Shown: positions 9,639 through 19,877 of the stretch, piece after piece
How the letters are laid out: each line of letters begins with the position of its first letter
Numbering within the stretch: the first letter of the stretch is position 1
Assembly: GCA_016707175.1 (NCBI GenBank)
Contig: JADJIB010000001.1
Coordinates: 718,791 to 782,790 of the forward strand
Reading direction: 5' to 3'
DNA: 64,000 nucleotides
Origin: Candidatus Phosphoribacter hodrii
Lineage (GTDB): Bacteria > Actinomycetota > Actinomycetes > Actinomycetales > Dermatophilaceae
The notes under the pieces: model-generated
Told to the model about the DNA's origin: nothing
Database searches by the model: none
Seen by the model: the letters and a program-made list of their open reading frames with translations, nothing else
Program-made: the position numbers and the translations under genes

Positions 9639-10133
9639 ATGGTGGGCACGAGCGAGGGTGAGGCGCGAGCGTTGGCCGCGTTGTCGGCGGCCGGGGTCGC
9701 GCACGAGGTCACGCGACACGGGCCGGTCGGGAGCCTGGCGGAGGCTGCGGCGGCGCGTGGGGTGCGGCCGGCTGACATCGTCAAGACGCTCGTGGTGCGG
9801 CGCGGGGACGGGGATTTCCTGTTCGTGCTCGTACCCGGGGATCGGAAGTTCTCGTGGCCGAAACTACGGGCGCTGCTGGGCACGTCGCGGTTGTCGATGC
9901 CCGACGCCGACGGGGCGCATGCCGCGACCGGTTACGTTCGCGGGACCATCACGCCCTTCGGGTCGAGCCGCGCCTGGCCGGTGATCGCCGACTCGTCGAT
10001 GGTGGGTCGGACGATTTCGATGGGTGCCGGCGCGCACGGGGTGGCCGTGACGGTGGCGGCTGACGAGGTCGTGCGGGCTCTGGATGCCCAGGTAGCCGAC
10101 GTCGGCGATACCGAAGAGCCCACCCCTGCCTGA
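9639..10133 (+). CDS. YbaK/EbsC-family aminoacyl-tRNA deacylase
   Basis: 164-aa ORF. IVKTLVV..GDFLFVLVPGDRKFSWPKLRALLG...GYVRGTITPFG. Confidence 0.8.
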   Translation: MVGTSEGEARALAALSAAGVAHEVTRHGPVGSLAEAAAARGVRPADIVKTLVVRRGDGDFLFVLVPGDRKFSWPKLRALLGTSRLSMPDADGAHAATGYVRGTITPFGSSRAWPVIADSSMVGRTISMGAGAHGVAVTVAADEVVRALDAQVADVGDTEEPTPA

Positions 10134-10250
10134 TCTGCCTGACCTGCCTGACCTGCCCGTTTCCCAAGATCCTCACACTCGCCGATGATCTGAGGCCTTC
10201 ACGGGCCGATTCGCCCCAACTTCCCCACACCCGCCGGCGATCTTCTGGAG
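10126..10250 (+). repeat. 9-bp tandem repeat (CTGCCTGAY x3.5) followed by two copies of the CACAC(C/T)CGCCG hairpin repeat
   Basis: Cores at 10174-10184 and 10226-10236, read directly. Confidence 0.8.
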
Positions 10251-10309
10251 GGCGGCGCCGTCAGCGGGCCAGGACGACGGCCACTTGACGGCTGATGTCC
10301 TCCACGAGC

Positions 10310-10906
10310 TCAGGAGGTCGCGGGCTGCCACGGGGTGAGCCACGGCGTCGCCGGCCATCCCTCGCGCCCCGCCATGAGCTCGTACATCGTGGCCCCGTCG
10401 ATCGATTCGCGGATCAGGTCGGCATGGCCGGCGTGCCGGGCGAGTTCCTCGATCAGGTGCAGGGCCACCCAGCGAACGGTCCAGGCCGGCACGTCCTTGG
10501 GGAACCAGGGCACGTCCTGCGGAACGGGAACGGAGGTGTTCAGATCCGCCGCGAGGATCGCCGCACTCGTCGCCGCGCTCTCGGCATCGAGACGTGCCAG
10601 CGCCACGGCGAGGCTGTCGCCGGGCAACCAGGTGTGCTCCGAGGCCCACCGCTCCTGTGCCTCCTCCATCGTCCCGGGGTGCACGACGAGGGCAGGCGCC
10701 TGCTCGATCATCCGGCGCCAACCGGTCTGCACGCTCGCGGCGTGCTTGACCAGGCTGCCGACGGAGAGGTCGCTCCGGGCGGCCTTCTGCCCCGCCTGCT
10801 CATCGCTCAGCCCGTAGGCGGCGTTGCGGAAGGCATCCTGTTGCTGCGTGAGGTAGCCAACGAGCAGGGCCTTCTCGTCAACCGAGGCGGGCGCGAGTCC
10901 GGGCAT
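10310..10906 (-). CDS. DinB/DUF664 family protein (mycothiol-transferase-like)
   Basis: ATG at 10906 behind AGGAG. LVGYLTQQQDAFRNAAYGLSDEQ...WVALHLIEELARHAGHADLIRE. Confidence 0.75.
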   Translation of the reverse strand: MPGLAPASVDEKALLVGYLTQQQDAFRNAAYGLSDEQAGQKAARSDLSVGSLVKHAASVQTGWRRMIEQAPALVVHPGTMEEAQERWASEHTWLPGDSLAVALARLDAESAATSAAILAADLNTSVPVPQDVPWFPKDVPAWTVRWVALHLIEELARHAGHADLIRESIDGATMYELMAGREGWPATPWLTPWQPATS

Positions 10907-11020
10907 GGTCACTCCTAGTGGTCGAGGTGCTCCCATCATGTCCCGGAGGTATGACAGACCCCTTGGTGGCGGCGCGGCGCGGAGGCGCGAAGGCACCGAG
11001 GGGCGGGCGAGAAGGACCGG

Positions 11021-12292
11021 TCAGTATGCCGCGACGCCGGGGTCCTCGATCGGCGGATCGGCAAGCGCGGGGATCCGGGTCAACCACCACGCCAGCCCCA
11101 CACCGATCAACACCAGCGCGCCCGTGAAGGCCAACACCGCCGTCCAACCGCCACCCGCCCACACCGGTCCCGCCAGCCCGCCGAAGATCGATGACCCCGC
11201 GTAATAGGCCACGAGATAGAACGCGGACGCTTGCCCGATCCCGCCGCCCCCGGCCTGCGCCCGAGCCACGACCCACCCCGACGCTAGGGAGTGCACGGCG
11301 AAGAAGGCCCCGGAGAACACCACCATCCCCGTCATCAGCAGCCACAACGGGGTCGCCCCCGTCATGAGCAGTCCCACGAGAAACGCCCCGAAGGCGATGG
11401 GAAGCACCGGCCGGCGGCCGACCCGGTCGGCGATGCGACCGGCATACGCAGAGGTGAGCGAGCCGGGCGCATAGGACAGGTAGACGAGCGACGCGGCGGC
11501 AACGCTCAGGTAGTAGGGAGCATCCCGCAGCCGGAAGCCCACCGTGTTGAAGACCGCGATGAACGAGCCCATCGCCACCGCCGCGACCCCGTAGAGCGCG
11601 AGCAACGCCCGGTCGGTCAGCAGCCGACGAACCATCGCCCGCGTCTGGGCCCCCGACAACTCGGCGCGCTCGAACCCCCGCGACGGCGGCAGCGTCAGCA
11701 CCACGACGATGGCGCACACCAGCCCGATCCCGCCCATGGCCGCGAGCGCCCAGCGCCACCCGGCGAGGTCAGCCACACCACCGACGACGAGGCGCCCGAG
11801 CATCCCGCCGATCGCGGTCCCACCGACATAGAGCCCCGTCGCCCTCGCATGCGCCTCAGGGGCCACCTCCTCCCGCAAATAGGCCATCGCCACCGCCGCC
11901 ATCCCCGCGAGCGAGATCCCCTGCAACCCGCGCAGCACCAGCAGCGTCGGCCAGTTGGGCGCCAGCGAGTGGGCGATCCCCACCAGACTGGTGACCACGA
12001 CCGACGCCCGGATGATCGGCGTCCGCCCGACCCGCTCGGTAACCGGCCCGACCACCAGCAGCGCGACCGCCATCGCCAGCGTGGTCACCGAGATCGACAG
12101 GGTGGTCGCTGACGCCGGCATCCCGAAGTCGGCCGCCAGCTCAGGCAGGACCGCCTGGGGCGAGTAGAGCAGCGCGAACGTCGTCACGCCCGCAGCGAAG
12201 AGGGCGACGACCACCCTCCGGTATGCCGCGTCGCCCGGCCGATATCCCACCTCACCAGCCTGCCACGCAGCACGCTCCTGCCCACCCATCGT
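11021..12292 (-). CDS. MFS transporter
   Basis: 12-TM-like ORF with GRTPIIRASVVV-type loop motifs. Start uncertain; 12292 is the first ATG that does not run into the divergent gene. Confidence 0.8.
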   Translation of the reverse strand, partial: TMGGQERAAWQAGEVGYRPGDAAYRRVVVALFAAGVTTFALLYSPQAVLPELAADFGMPASATTLSISVTTLAMAVALLVVGPVTERVGRTPIIRASVVVTSLVGIAHSLAPNWPTLLVLRGLQGISLAGMAAVAMAYLREEVAPEAHARATGLYVGGTAIGGMLGRLVVGGVADLAGWRWALAAMGGIGLVCAIVVVLTLPPSRGFERAELSGAQTRAMVRRLLTDRALLALYGVAAVAMGSFIAVFNTVGFRLRDAPYYLSVAAASLVYLSYAPGSLTSAYAGRIADRVGRRPVLPIAFGAFLVGLLMTGATPLWLLMTGMVVFSGAFFAVHSLASGWVVARAQAGGGGIGQASAFYLVAYYAGSSIFGGLAGPVWAGGGWTAVLAFTGALVLIGVGLAWWLTRIPALADPPIEDPGVAAY

Positions 12293-12320
12293 GACCAACG
12301 CCGCGGCTACGCTCGATCTC

Positions 12321-13298
12321 ATGCTGGCGATCACCGTGCCCACTCCCGGCGGCCCCGAGGCGCTCGCCCTCGCCGAGGTCCCCGACCCCACCCTCGCGCC
12401 CGACGAGGTCCTCCTCGACGTCGTCGCCGCCGGCGTCAACCGCGCGGACCTGCTCCAACGCCAGGGCCACTACCCCCCGCCGCCGGGCGCATCGGCATAC
12501 CTCGGGCTGGAGTGCAGCGGGCGCGTGGCGGCGGTCGGCGCGGACGTCACCGGCTGGGCGGTCGGCGACGAGGCCTGCGCACTGCTCGCCGGCGGCGGGT
12601 ATGCCGCGCGCGTCGCGGTCCCAGCCGGCCAACTGCTGCCCGTGCCAGCGGGGGTGTCGCTCGTCGATGCCGCGGCGCTGCCCGAGGTGGCCTGCACGGT
12701 GTGGTCCAACGTCTTCATGACGGCCGCGCTCGCCCCCGGGGAGTGGCTGCTGGTCCACGGCGGGTCGTCGGGGATCGGCACGATGGCGATCCAACTGGCG
12801 CACGCGTTCGGCGCTCATGTCGCCGTCACGGCGGGGTCGGCCGAGAAGCTCGAGGTATGCCGTTCGCTCGGCGCCGACGTGCTCGTCAACTACCGGGACG
12901 AGGACTTCGTCGAGGCGGTCAAGGCAGCCACCGACGGCGCGGGCGTCGACGTCATCCTCGACAACATGGGCGCGAAATACCTCGCGCGCAACGTCGATGC
13001 GCTCGCGGCATACGGGCGGCTCATGGTGATCGGGTTGCAGGGCGGGACGCGCGCGGAGCTCGACCTCGGGGTGCTGTTGCGCAAGCGTGCGTCGGTCGCT
13101 GCGACCTCGCTGCGGGCCCGCCCTGCCGCCGAGAAGGCCGCCATCGTCGCGGCCGTGCGTGAGCACGTGTGGCCGCTCGTCGCCTCCGGTGCGGTGCGGC
13201 CGATCGTCCATGCGCGTATGCCGCTCGCCCAAGCCGCCGACGCCCACCGCCTGCTCGAGTCGTCCACCCACATCGGCAAGGTCCTGCTGACGGTGTAG
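12321..13298 (+). CDS. NAD(P)H:quinone oxidoreductase (zinc-independent MDR family)
   Basis: PGGPEALALAEVPDP...AAGVNRADLLQRQGHYPPPPGAS..LGLECSG...VHGGSSGIGT. Start may be 12291 or 12321. Confidence 0.85.
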   Translation: MLAITVPTPGGPEALALAEVPDPTLAPDEVLLDVVAAGVNRADLLQRQGHYPPPPGASAYLGLECSGRVAAVGADVTGWAVGDEACALLAGGGYAARVAVPAGQLLPVPAGVSLVDAAALPEVACTVWSNVFMTAALAPGEWLLVHGGSSGIGTMAIQLAHAFGAHVAVTAGSAEKLEVCRSLGADVLVNYRDEDFVEAVKAATDGAGVDVILDNMGAKYLARNVDALAAYGRLMVIGLQGGTRAELDLGVLLRKRASVAATSLRARPAAEKAAIVAAVREHVWPLVASGAVRPIVHARMPLAQAADAHRLLESSTHIGKVLLTV

Positions 13299-13337
13299 GG
13301 CCCGGCCGACGACCTCGGCACGATCGCTTGACCTCGC

Positions 13338-13385
13338 GACATACTCGGTATAGCGTCCCTCACCAGCACCTATACCGAGTATGTC
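13338..13385. promoter_or_regulatory. 16-bp perfect inverted repeat (GACATACTCGGTATAG-N16-CTATACCGAGTATGTC) upstream of padR; candidate operator
   Basis: Seen directly. Each arm is itself a near-palindrome ATAC-N3-GTAT. AT-rich relative to its surroundings. Confidence 0.45.
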
Positions 13386-13415
13386 CCAGCGCGTGAGAGC
13401 CCCCGAGGAGGTCCG

Positions 13416-14084
13416 ATGTCCGTTCGGCAGAGCCTGTTGGCGCTGCTGCGGGAGGGCCCCCGCTACGGCGCGTTGCTGAAGGCGGACTTCGAGGCCCGCA
13501 CCGGCGGCGTCTGGCCGCTCAACGTCGGTCAGGTCTACACGACCCTGGCCCGGCTCGAGCGCGACGGCCTCGTCGTCGGCGACGGCAAGCCCGACGAGGA
13601 GGGCCGGATCGCCTATCGCCTCACCGAGGCCGGTCGCGCCGAGGCCGACTCGTGGTGGCTGGCTCCCGTCGGCGTCGCCGAGCCCGCCCGCGACGAACTC
13701 GTCATCAAACTCGCCCTCGCGATCGCCACCCCCACCGTCGACCCGTATGCCGTGATCCAGACCCAGCGTGGCGCCACGATGCGTCACCTGCAGGAGCTCA
13801 CCCGGCTCAAGGTGGCCCTCACCGCACCGCTCACCGCGCCCCCGGCCACCATCGGCGTCGACCCCGAGCTGCTCGTCCTCGAGCATCGCCTGTTCGCCGT
13901 CGAAGCCCAACTCCGCTGGCTCGACCACGCCGAGGCGAGCCTGGCCGCGAACCCAGCCCCACGGCATACCCACCCCGCAGCACCCACCGCCCAGCCCGCG
14001 CCCATCAACGGAACCACCACTCGCGTCACAGCACCGCCCATCTCCCACCCAGCTCACACCGTCCCAACAGGGGGAACCCCATGA
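13416..14084 (+). CDS. PadR family transcriptional regulator
   Basis: LLALLREGPRYGALLKADFEARTGGVWPLNVGQVYTTLARLERDGLV winged-helix motif. Confidence 0.85.
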   Translation: MSVRQSLLALLREGPRYGALLKADFEARTGGVWPLNVGQVYTTLARLERDGLVVGDGKPDEEGRIAYRLTEAGRAEADSWWLAPVGVAEPARDELVIKLALAIATPTVDPYAVIQTQRGATMRHLQELTRLKVALTAPLTAPPATIGVDPELLVLEHRLFAVEAQLRWLDHAEASLAANPAPRHTHPAAPTAQPAPINGTTTRVTAPPISHPAHTVPTGGTP

Positions 14085-14944
14085 GCGACCTCGTCCTGCG
14101 TATGACCGACGTCTACCGCGTCCACGGCTCCGGCCCGACCGCGGTCCGCGCCCTCGACGGCGTGAGCCTCTCCGTCCAGGCGGGCGAGCTCGTCGCCGTC
14201 ATGGGCCCGAGCGGCAGCGGCAAGTCGACGCTGCTCAACCTCGCTGGCGCCCTCGACCTCCCCACCGCGGGCGTCGTGGAGATCGACGGGCAGTCGACCT
14301 CGTCGCTGCGTCCCGCCGACCTGGCCGCCCTGCGCCGCCGCCGGGTCGGTGTGGTCTTCCAGGACCTCAACCTCATCCCCTCGCTCACCGCCGCCGAGAA
14401 CATCGGCCTGCCGCTTGAACTCGACGGCCGTCGGGTCAGCGAGGCCCATCGCGCCGCCGTCGGGGCCCTGCACGAGTTGGGCCTGGACGAGCTCGCCGAC
14501 CGCTACCCCGACCAGATGTCCGGCGGGCAGCAGCAACGCGTCGCCATCGCCCGCGCGCTCGTCGGCGACCGCCGCCTGGTCCTCGCCGATGAACCCACCG
14601 GCGCGCTCGACTCGCTCACCGGCGAGGGCGTGCTCGCGGTGCTGCGGGCCCGCTGCGACGCGGGCGCGGCCGGGCTGCTGGTCACCCACGAGGCACGGCA
14701 CGCCGCCTGGGCCGACCGGGTCGTCTATCTGCGCGACGGTCGGGTCGTCGACTCCACCGAGGCCTACAGCGCCGCGAGTATGCCGCGCGCGCGGCATACC
14801 CCTGCGCCGTCGGGCACGTCGCCTTCCCCTGGGTCAAGCCCGGTCGCGGGTATGCCGCCCGCCCCCGGCCCCAGCGGGGCCGTCACGCCTCCCGGGGCCA
14901 CCGCGTCGGTCGGCGCCCACAGCGAGTCCGGGCGCGAGGGCTGA
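14081..14944 (+). CDS. ABC transporter ATP-binding protein (MacB/LolD-type) with a Pro/Ser-rich C-terminal tail
   Basis: [43 protein letters not shown] overlap with padR. Confidence 0.9.
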   Translation: MSDLVLRMTDVYRVHGSGPTAVRALDGVSLSVQAGELVAVMGPSGSGKSTLLNLAGALDLPTAGVVEIDGQSTSSLRPADLAALRRRRVGVVFQDLNLIPSLTAAENIGLPLELDGRRVSEAHRAAVGALHELGLDELADRYPDQMSGGQQQRVAIARALVGDRRLVLADEPTGALDSLTGEGVLAVLRARCDAGAAGLLVTHEARHAAWADRVVYLRDGRVVDSTEAYSAASMPRARHTPAPSGTSPSPGSSPVAGMPPAPGPSGAVTPPGATASVGAHSESGREG

Positions 14945-14947
14945 GCG

Positions 14948-17900
14948 ATGGCAACCATCACCACCCCTCCCCTGGCCCCTGCCCCCGCAGCCCCGAGCCG
15001 CGACGGCGTCGGCGAGTGGCGGGCCGGCTGGCGGGTCGCCCTGCGACTGGCCCGGCGCGACGTGCGACGCCACGTCGGGCGCAGCCTGCTCATCGTTCTC
15101 ATGGTGGCCGTGCCTGTGCTGCTGCTGGTCGGCGGCAACATCGTCTTCTCCAGCCAGGACCTGTCCAGCGGCCGAGCGGATCCCCTACGCGATGGGCCAG
15201 ACCCAGGCGGTCGCCACCTACTCCGGCGGTATCCAGATCCCGCCCCAGGTCGAACCGTGGTCCGGCTACTACGGCCGGGGACCTCGACCAAGGACGAACA
15301 GGCCACCCCCATCCCGGGATGGGGCACGGACCTGGCCACCCACGCCCAGGCACTCGGCGCTTTGGCAGGCGCCACGGCGATCCCGATCACCGAAGATGGC
15401 GGCTACACGACGATTGGGCGTCGGCAGGTCGATCTGCAGATGCGCGGCGTAGACGCCGGGCGGTTCCCGACCCAAACCCATGGCATGGTCCGGCTGGAGT
15501 CGGGCCGCTGGCCGACCTCCAGCACGGAGGCCGTCGTCACCAAGGTCGGGGTCTACCACGGGCTGCCCTCAAGCGGCACGCTCGCGGTGACCGACCGGTC
15601 CGGCACCCTCACGACCTACACCATCGTCGGTGTCGGCGAGGGATGGATCGCCGCCTACTCCCTGCAGCCGGTCGACCTCATCACCCTCCCGGCCGAAAGG
15701 TGCCCAGGAGTACGGCGTCGCGGCATACCTCATCGACCGTCCCACCCCCGTGACGTGGGACGAGGTGAAGCGGCTGGCGACCTACGGACTGCAGGTGACC
15801 AGCCGCCAGGTCCTCCTCAACCCGCCGTCCCGCGAGGAGTTGGCGCTCCCGGACGGCGTCCAGTCGATGGCCGATAACGCAGCGGCGGGGCAGGCGATCA
15901 CCTCGGCGATCATGGCCATCGGGCTGCTGCTCGAGACGACCCTCCTCGTTGGGCCAGCCTTCGCCGTCAGCGCGGCCCGGCAGCGACGGACCCTCGCCCT
16001 CGCGGCGAGCAACGGGGCGACGACTGCGCAGTTGCGCCGGACCGTGCTGGCTCAGGCGCTGGTGCTCGGCGTCTTGGCCGCCCTCGTCGGTGCCGTTGTC
16101 GGTGTGCTCGGCGCGTGGGCGGTGATCAGGTGGTCTGGGATCTATCGACCGGACACGATGTTCGGCCCGTTCGACGTGCCGGTCCTGCCGGTCGCGATCA
16201 TCGTCGGGTGCGCCGTGGCGTCCGCCGTCATCGCCGCGATGATCCCCTCGCGCGGGCTGGGTCGGCTGGACATCGTCGCGGTCATGCGTGGCCAAAGCGT
16301 GTCGCCACCAGCGCTCGTGCGCACGCCCATCGCGGGCATCGTGCTCGCCGGGCTGGGGGCCGTTGGGGTCTTCTGGGCAGTGGCGTTCACCTCCGGCGCC
16401 GAGCGGACCTGGATCGACGATGTCGTGCCGCTGGTCGCGATGGGTGGAGCGATCATGCTCGTCATTGGCGCCCTCCTGCTGGTGCCGATGGTGCTCGTGC
16501 TCGCCGGCCGCGTCGCCCGGTCCGCGCCCGTGGCCATCCGGATGGCGTTGCGCGACGCCGCGCGGCAGCGGGGAAGGGCTACCTCGACGGTGGCGGCGAT
16601 CCTCGGCGGGACCGCCCTGTTGTCGGCGATCCTCGTCGTGGCTGCCAGCGACACGGCCTATCGAGCGAAGACCTACGTGCCGCAGTTGCCTATGGGTCAG
16701 GCCCTGCTCATCCCCACGACCGCGATGGACGGCAGCCTGGCGGACCCACGGTGGACCCAGAACGTCACTGACATCGCACACGGGATCGACCCAGCCCTGC
16801 AGGTCCACGAAATCGCGCTCGTTGACGTGAGCCGCACCGGCGGCGCCATCCAGAAGCCGATTGGGCCAGAGTCCCCGATGGTCATGCCGTTCTTCGTCGC
16901 GGTGCGGACCGGATGCGCCCTCGCACAGGCGTTGGATATGGGGGCTCCGAAAGACGCCAACAGCCCACCCGACACGAGTTGCCTCTCGCTCAACGGCATG
17001 GGAATGGGCGATGCACGGTCCGCCATCCTCGTGGGGACTGTCGCCCAACTCGTCCAGACCTACACGCTGGACGCCACGGCCGAGGCGACGTTGCGAGCCG
17101 GCGGTCTTGTCGTCGCGGGCGACAAGGCGGTGACCCCGACCTGGACGAAGATGCCTGAGGGCGGGTGGGTTCCCTCCGGTCCGATCCTGGGCCAGGTGGA
17201 CATCGTCGATGGGCGGGTCTCCCTCGCCCGAGGCACGGCGACCTACGGCTCCGAGGCAGGGCCGACGTTGAGCAACGTGACGACCTTGTCGTTGGCGGCC
17301 ACCCCGGTGCCAGCCGCGACCCTCAACGCGACCACCGCCGGAGTGGCCGGCCCGAGCTACGGCGGGATGCAGATGGTCGGTGCGCTCATGACGCTCGAGA
17401 CGGCGAAGTCGCTGGCGTTGCCGTGGCGACCATCGAGACTGACGATCCTCGATCCGCGCGGCCCGCTCAGCGCCGACGCTGGGGCAGCCCTCTCGCAGAG
17501 CTTGAGCGACAGCAACCTCGGCTGGTTCTATGTCGAGCGGGGCTTCCAGCCCTACGACACGGTGTTGGCGGCCATCGTCCTGTCGTTCATCGGCCTGATC
17601 ATCCTCGTGGCCACCCTCGTCTCGACGGCGCTGTCGACGGCCGAGACCCAGTCGATGATGGGCACCTTCGCGGCAGTCGGAGCGACCCGGATCGACCCGA
17701 CGCAATCTCGCTGCAGCGCAGGCAGGTTCGCTAGGTGTCATCGGTGCACTGCTGGGGACGCTCGTGGGCTTCGTACCGGGGATCGCCCTGGCTCGGTCCT
17801 TCACGCGCTATCCGACGGAGTCCGTGGCATACGGCGAATACACACAGGGAGCACCCGCCCTCGTGGATCCGACGGTCGTCATCCCGTGGCTGCAGTTGGC

Positions 17901-17991
17901 CATCCCGGTCATCGCGGTCCCTGCCCTGGCCGCGCTGTTGGCCTGGCTGGCGATCCGCAAGGCCCCGACGGTGACCCGCCGCCTGACCTGA
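14948..17991 (+). pseudogene. FtsX-like ABC permease with at least four frame changes as assembled
   Basis: Plausible protein text jumps frames near 15170, 15278, 15690 and 17688. ORFs 14948..15877, 14349..15452 (part), 15630..18248 and 17764..17991 are involved. The real C-terminus is ...LGVIGALLGTLVGFVPGIALARSF...AIRKAPTVTRRLT. Confidence 0.7.
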
Positions 17992-18065
17992 GCGCTTCTG
18001 CACGCAACCGTTTGGCCGACTGCGACGTCTCAACCGACACAGGGGATCGACCTCCGCGGACGCGT

Positions 18066-18094
18066 GGGCGGCATACACAGGGGGTATGCCGCCC
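18066..18094. terminator. Hairpin GGGCGGCATAC-N7-GTATGCCGCCC downstream of the permease gene
   Basis: 11-bp stem made of an inverted octamer pair, seen directly. Confidence 0.4.
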
Positions 18095-18141
18095 ACCGAG
18101 TCCCGGAGCCCCCTTCGGGCCGAGTGCGGCAAGATGGAGCC

Positions 18142-18759
18142 ATGAGCGACCAGCCCGACACCTCTGGATCCGGCGCCGACGAGAACCGGATCGTCGTCAT
18201 CACGCCCGATGGGATGGGCGTTGCCACCTCGGGACACGGCGACGATGAGGGTCACGACTCACGCGACTCACGCGAGGTGACCAACCCGGCCGACCTGGTC
18301 GAGCAGCCGGCCAAGGTCATGCGGATCGGCTCGATGATCAAGAACCTCCTCGACGAGGTGCGCAACGCCCCGTTGGACGAGGCGGGTCGGCTGCGGCTGG
18401 CCGAGATTCACCGCCGCTCGATCGACGAACTCAAGGACGGTTTGGCGCCGGAGTTGGTCGAGGAACTCGACCGGATCGCGCTGCCGTTCGGTGCGGGAGC
18501 ACCGAGCGACGCCGAGTTGCGGATCGCGCAGGCTCAGCTTGTCGGCTGGCTCGAGGGCCTGTTCCACGGGATCCAGACCGCGTTGGTCGCCCAGCAGATG
18601 GCCGCCCAACAGCAGTTGGCCGGGATGCGTCGCGCGCTGCCGCCGGGACACCCCGACGCTGGCCCAGCAGGCCCCGGTATGCCGCCCGGCTTCCCCGGCG
18701 GCCCTGGCCAGGGTCAAGGCGAACAAGGCCACCCCGGCCCGACCGGCCAATACCTCTAG
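18142..18759 (+). CDS. bpa: Bacterial proteasome activator (Bpa/PafE family)
   Basis: ATG at 18142. Helical core VMRIGSMIKNLLDEVRNAPLDEAGRLRLAEIH. Gly/Pro-rich tail ending in GQYL, the 20S-docking motif of Bpa. Confidence 0.85.
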   Translation: MSDQPDTSGSGADENRIVVITPDGMGVATSGHGDDEGHDSRDSREVTNPADLVEQPAKVMRIGSMIKNLLDEVRNAPLDEAGRLRLAEIHRRSIDELKDGLAPELVEELDRIALPFGAGAPSDAELRIAQAQLVGWLEGLFHGIQTALVAQQMAAQQQLAGMRRALPPGHPDAGPAGPGMPPGFPGGPGQGQGEQGHPGPTGQYL

Positions 18760-18790
18760 CCCTCGCCCCCACCTTCGGTCTTGGCGCTGA

Positions 18791-18821
18791 GGTCTCGGTT
18801 TCGGTCTCGGTCTCGGTCTCG
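18791..18821. repeat. Hexamer microsatellite (GGTCTC/GGTTTC) x5
   Basis: ggtctcggtttcggtctcggtctcggtctcg, read directly. Confidence 0.9.
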
Positions 18822-18865
18822 CCCCAGCCCCGGCGCCCGGCCCGGCTTTGTGGGCGAAGGGTATG

Positions 18866-19062
18866 CCGGTCGCGCCCCAGATCCTCACACCCGCCGATGA
18901 TTTCGCGGAGTGGTGACGTGCGTCATGCCAAACGCGACGTATGCCGCGCGTCTGGCATGACGCAAGCACCGTCGCCCAAGAACCACACACTCGCCGGTGT
19001 TTTCCGGCACCCCGGGCTCAGATTCCCCCGAATCCCTCACACTCGCCGAGGAATTCTCGGCA
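18866..19062 (+). repeat. Three copies of the CACAC(C/T)CGCCG hairpin repeat plus a nested palindrome (18920-18963)
   Basis: Cores at 18886-18896, 18986-18996 and 19038-19048. Confidence 0.8.
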
Positions 19063-19094
19063 GGGCCGGCCAGCTAGAGCCACGCGACTGACAG

Positions 19095-19835
19095 TCAGAC
19101 CTTGCGGGCTAGGACGTAACCGAAAGCAACCGAACGAACGCCTTCGTCAACAATGGTGAACCCGGCATCGACCATCAGCGCGCGAACGGCGCCGAGATCG
19201 TTGTTCGCCATTTCGGGGCCGGTCAGGGCGTCGATGACGTGACGGGCAACCCGGTTGCGCGGGGGCTGTAGGTCGACGACGAGCAACTGCCCACCCGGCA
19301 CCAACACCCGATGGGCCTCGGCCACCGCCGCTGGGCGCTGATCGGGATCGATGTGGTGCATCGCCAGGGCGGTCGCCACGACCTGAACGCTCGAGTCATC
19401 GAATGGAAGAGCCTCGGCGGGGTGCACGGCATACTGCAGCGACGGGGTGGCGCTGCGCGAGGCGAAGGCGACCATCTCCTCGGAAGGGTCGATCCCGGTG
19501 ACCAAGCCGGTCGGCCCGACCCGTGCCGCGAGCGCTCGGGTCAGTGCGCCGGTGCCGCAGCCGAGGTCGACCGCGTGATCGCCGGGAGCAGCACCGCTGA
19601 GGGCGGCCAGGCCGGCGTAGATGCGGTCGCGACGGCCGAGAGTCACCAGTCGGGTGAGCCGGTCATAGCTCCCCGCGTGCGACATGACACCGTGCCCGTG
19701 CGCAGCATGCCCCGACGACTCATGCCCTGACGACTCGTGCCCACCCGCCCCATGCCCGTGCGATCCGTGCCCGTGCGACCCGTGCCCGTGGGCCTGTGGA
19801 CCGCGGTGTGCGAACAGTTTCGCGAACACGCCCAT
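19095..19835 (-). CDS. Class I SAM-dependent methyltransferase with a His-rich N-terminal extension
   Basis: N-terminus HGHGSHGHGSHGHGAGGHESSGHESSGHAAHGHG. SAM motif I VDLGCGTGALT. VLVPGGQLLVVD. Confidence 0.8.
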   Translation of the reverse strand: MGVFAKLFAHRGPQAHGHGSHGHGSHGHGAGGHESSGHESSGHAAHGHGVMSHAGSYDRLTRLVTLGRRDRIYAGLAALSGAAPGDHAVDLGCGTGALTRALAARVGPTGLVTGIDPSEEMVAFASRSATPSLQYAVHPAEALPFDDSSVQVVATALAMHHIDPDQRPAAVAEAHRVLVPGGQLLVVDLQPPRNRVARHVIDALTGPEMANNDLGAVRALMVDAGFTIVDEGVRSVAFGYVLARKV

Positions 19836-19877
19836 GCCGACTCCTTCACTACGCCGAGGTTGCTCTACTATTTGCGT

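Noticed and set aside
12252-14057. Very long ORFs antisense to recognised genes (12252..14057, 15681..17804, 21483..23096, 42887..45052, 50387..51994, 58788..60668, 4992..6371, 26599..27948 and similar)
   Set aside because: These are typical high-GC shadow ORFs. They are Arg/Gly/Pro/Asp-rich low-complexity translations with no motifs, and each fully overlaps a gene on the other strand that has clear family signatures.
15730-18065. Octamer-free stretches (15730-18065, 29950-32690, 48221-50702) as markers of recently acquired DNA
   Set aside because: With about 100 sites in 64 kb (mean spacing about 0.6 kb), two to three gaps above 2.3 kb are expected by chance. The deserts are not statistically distinguishable within this window, though the idea is worth testing genome-wide.
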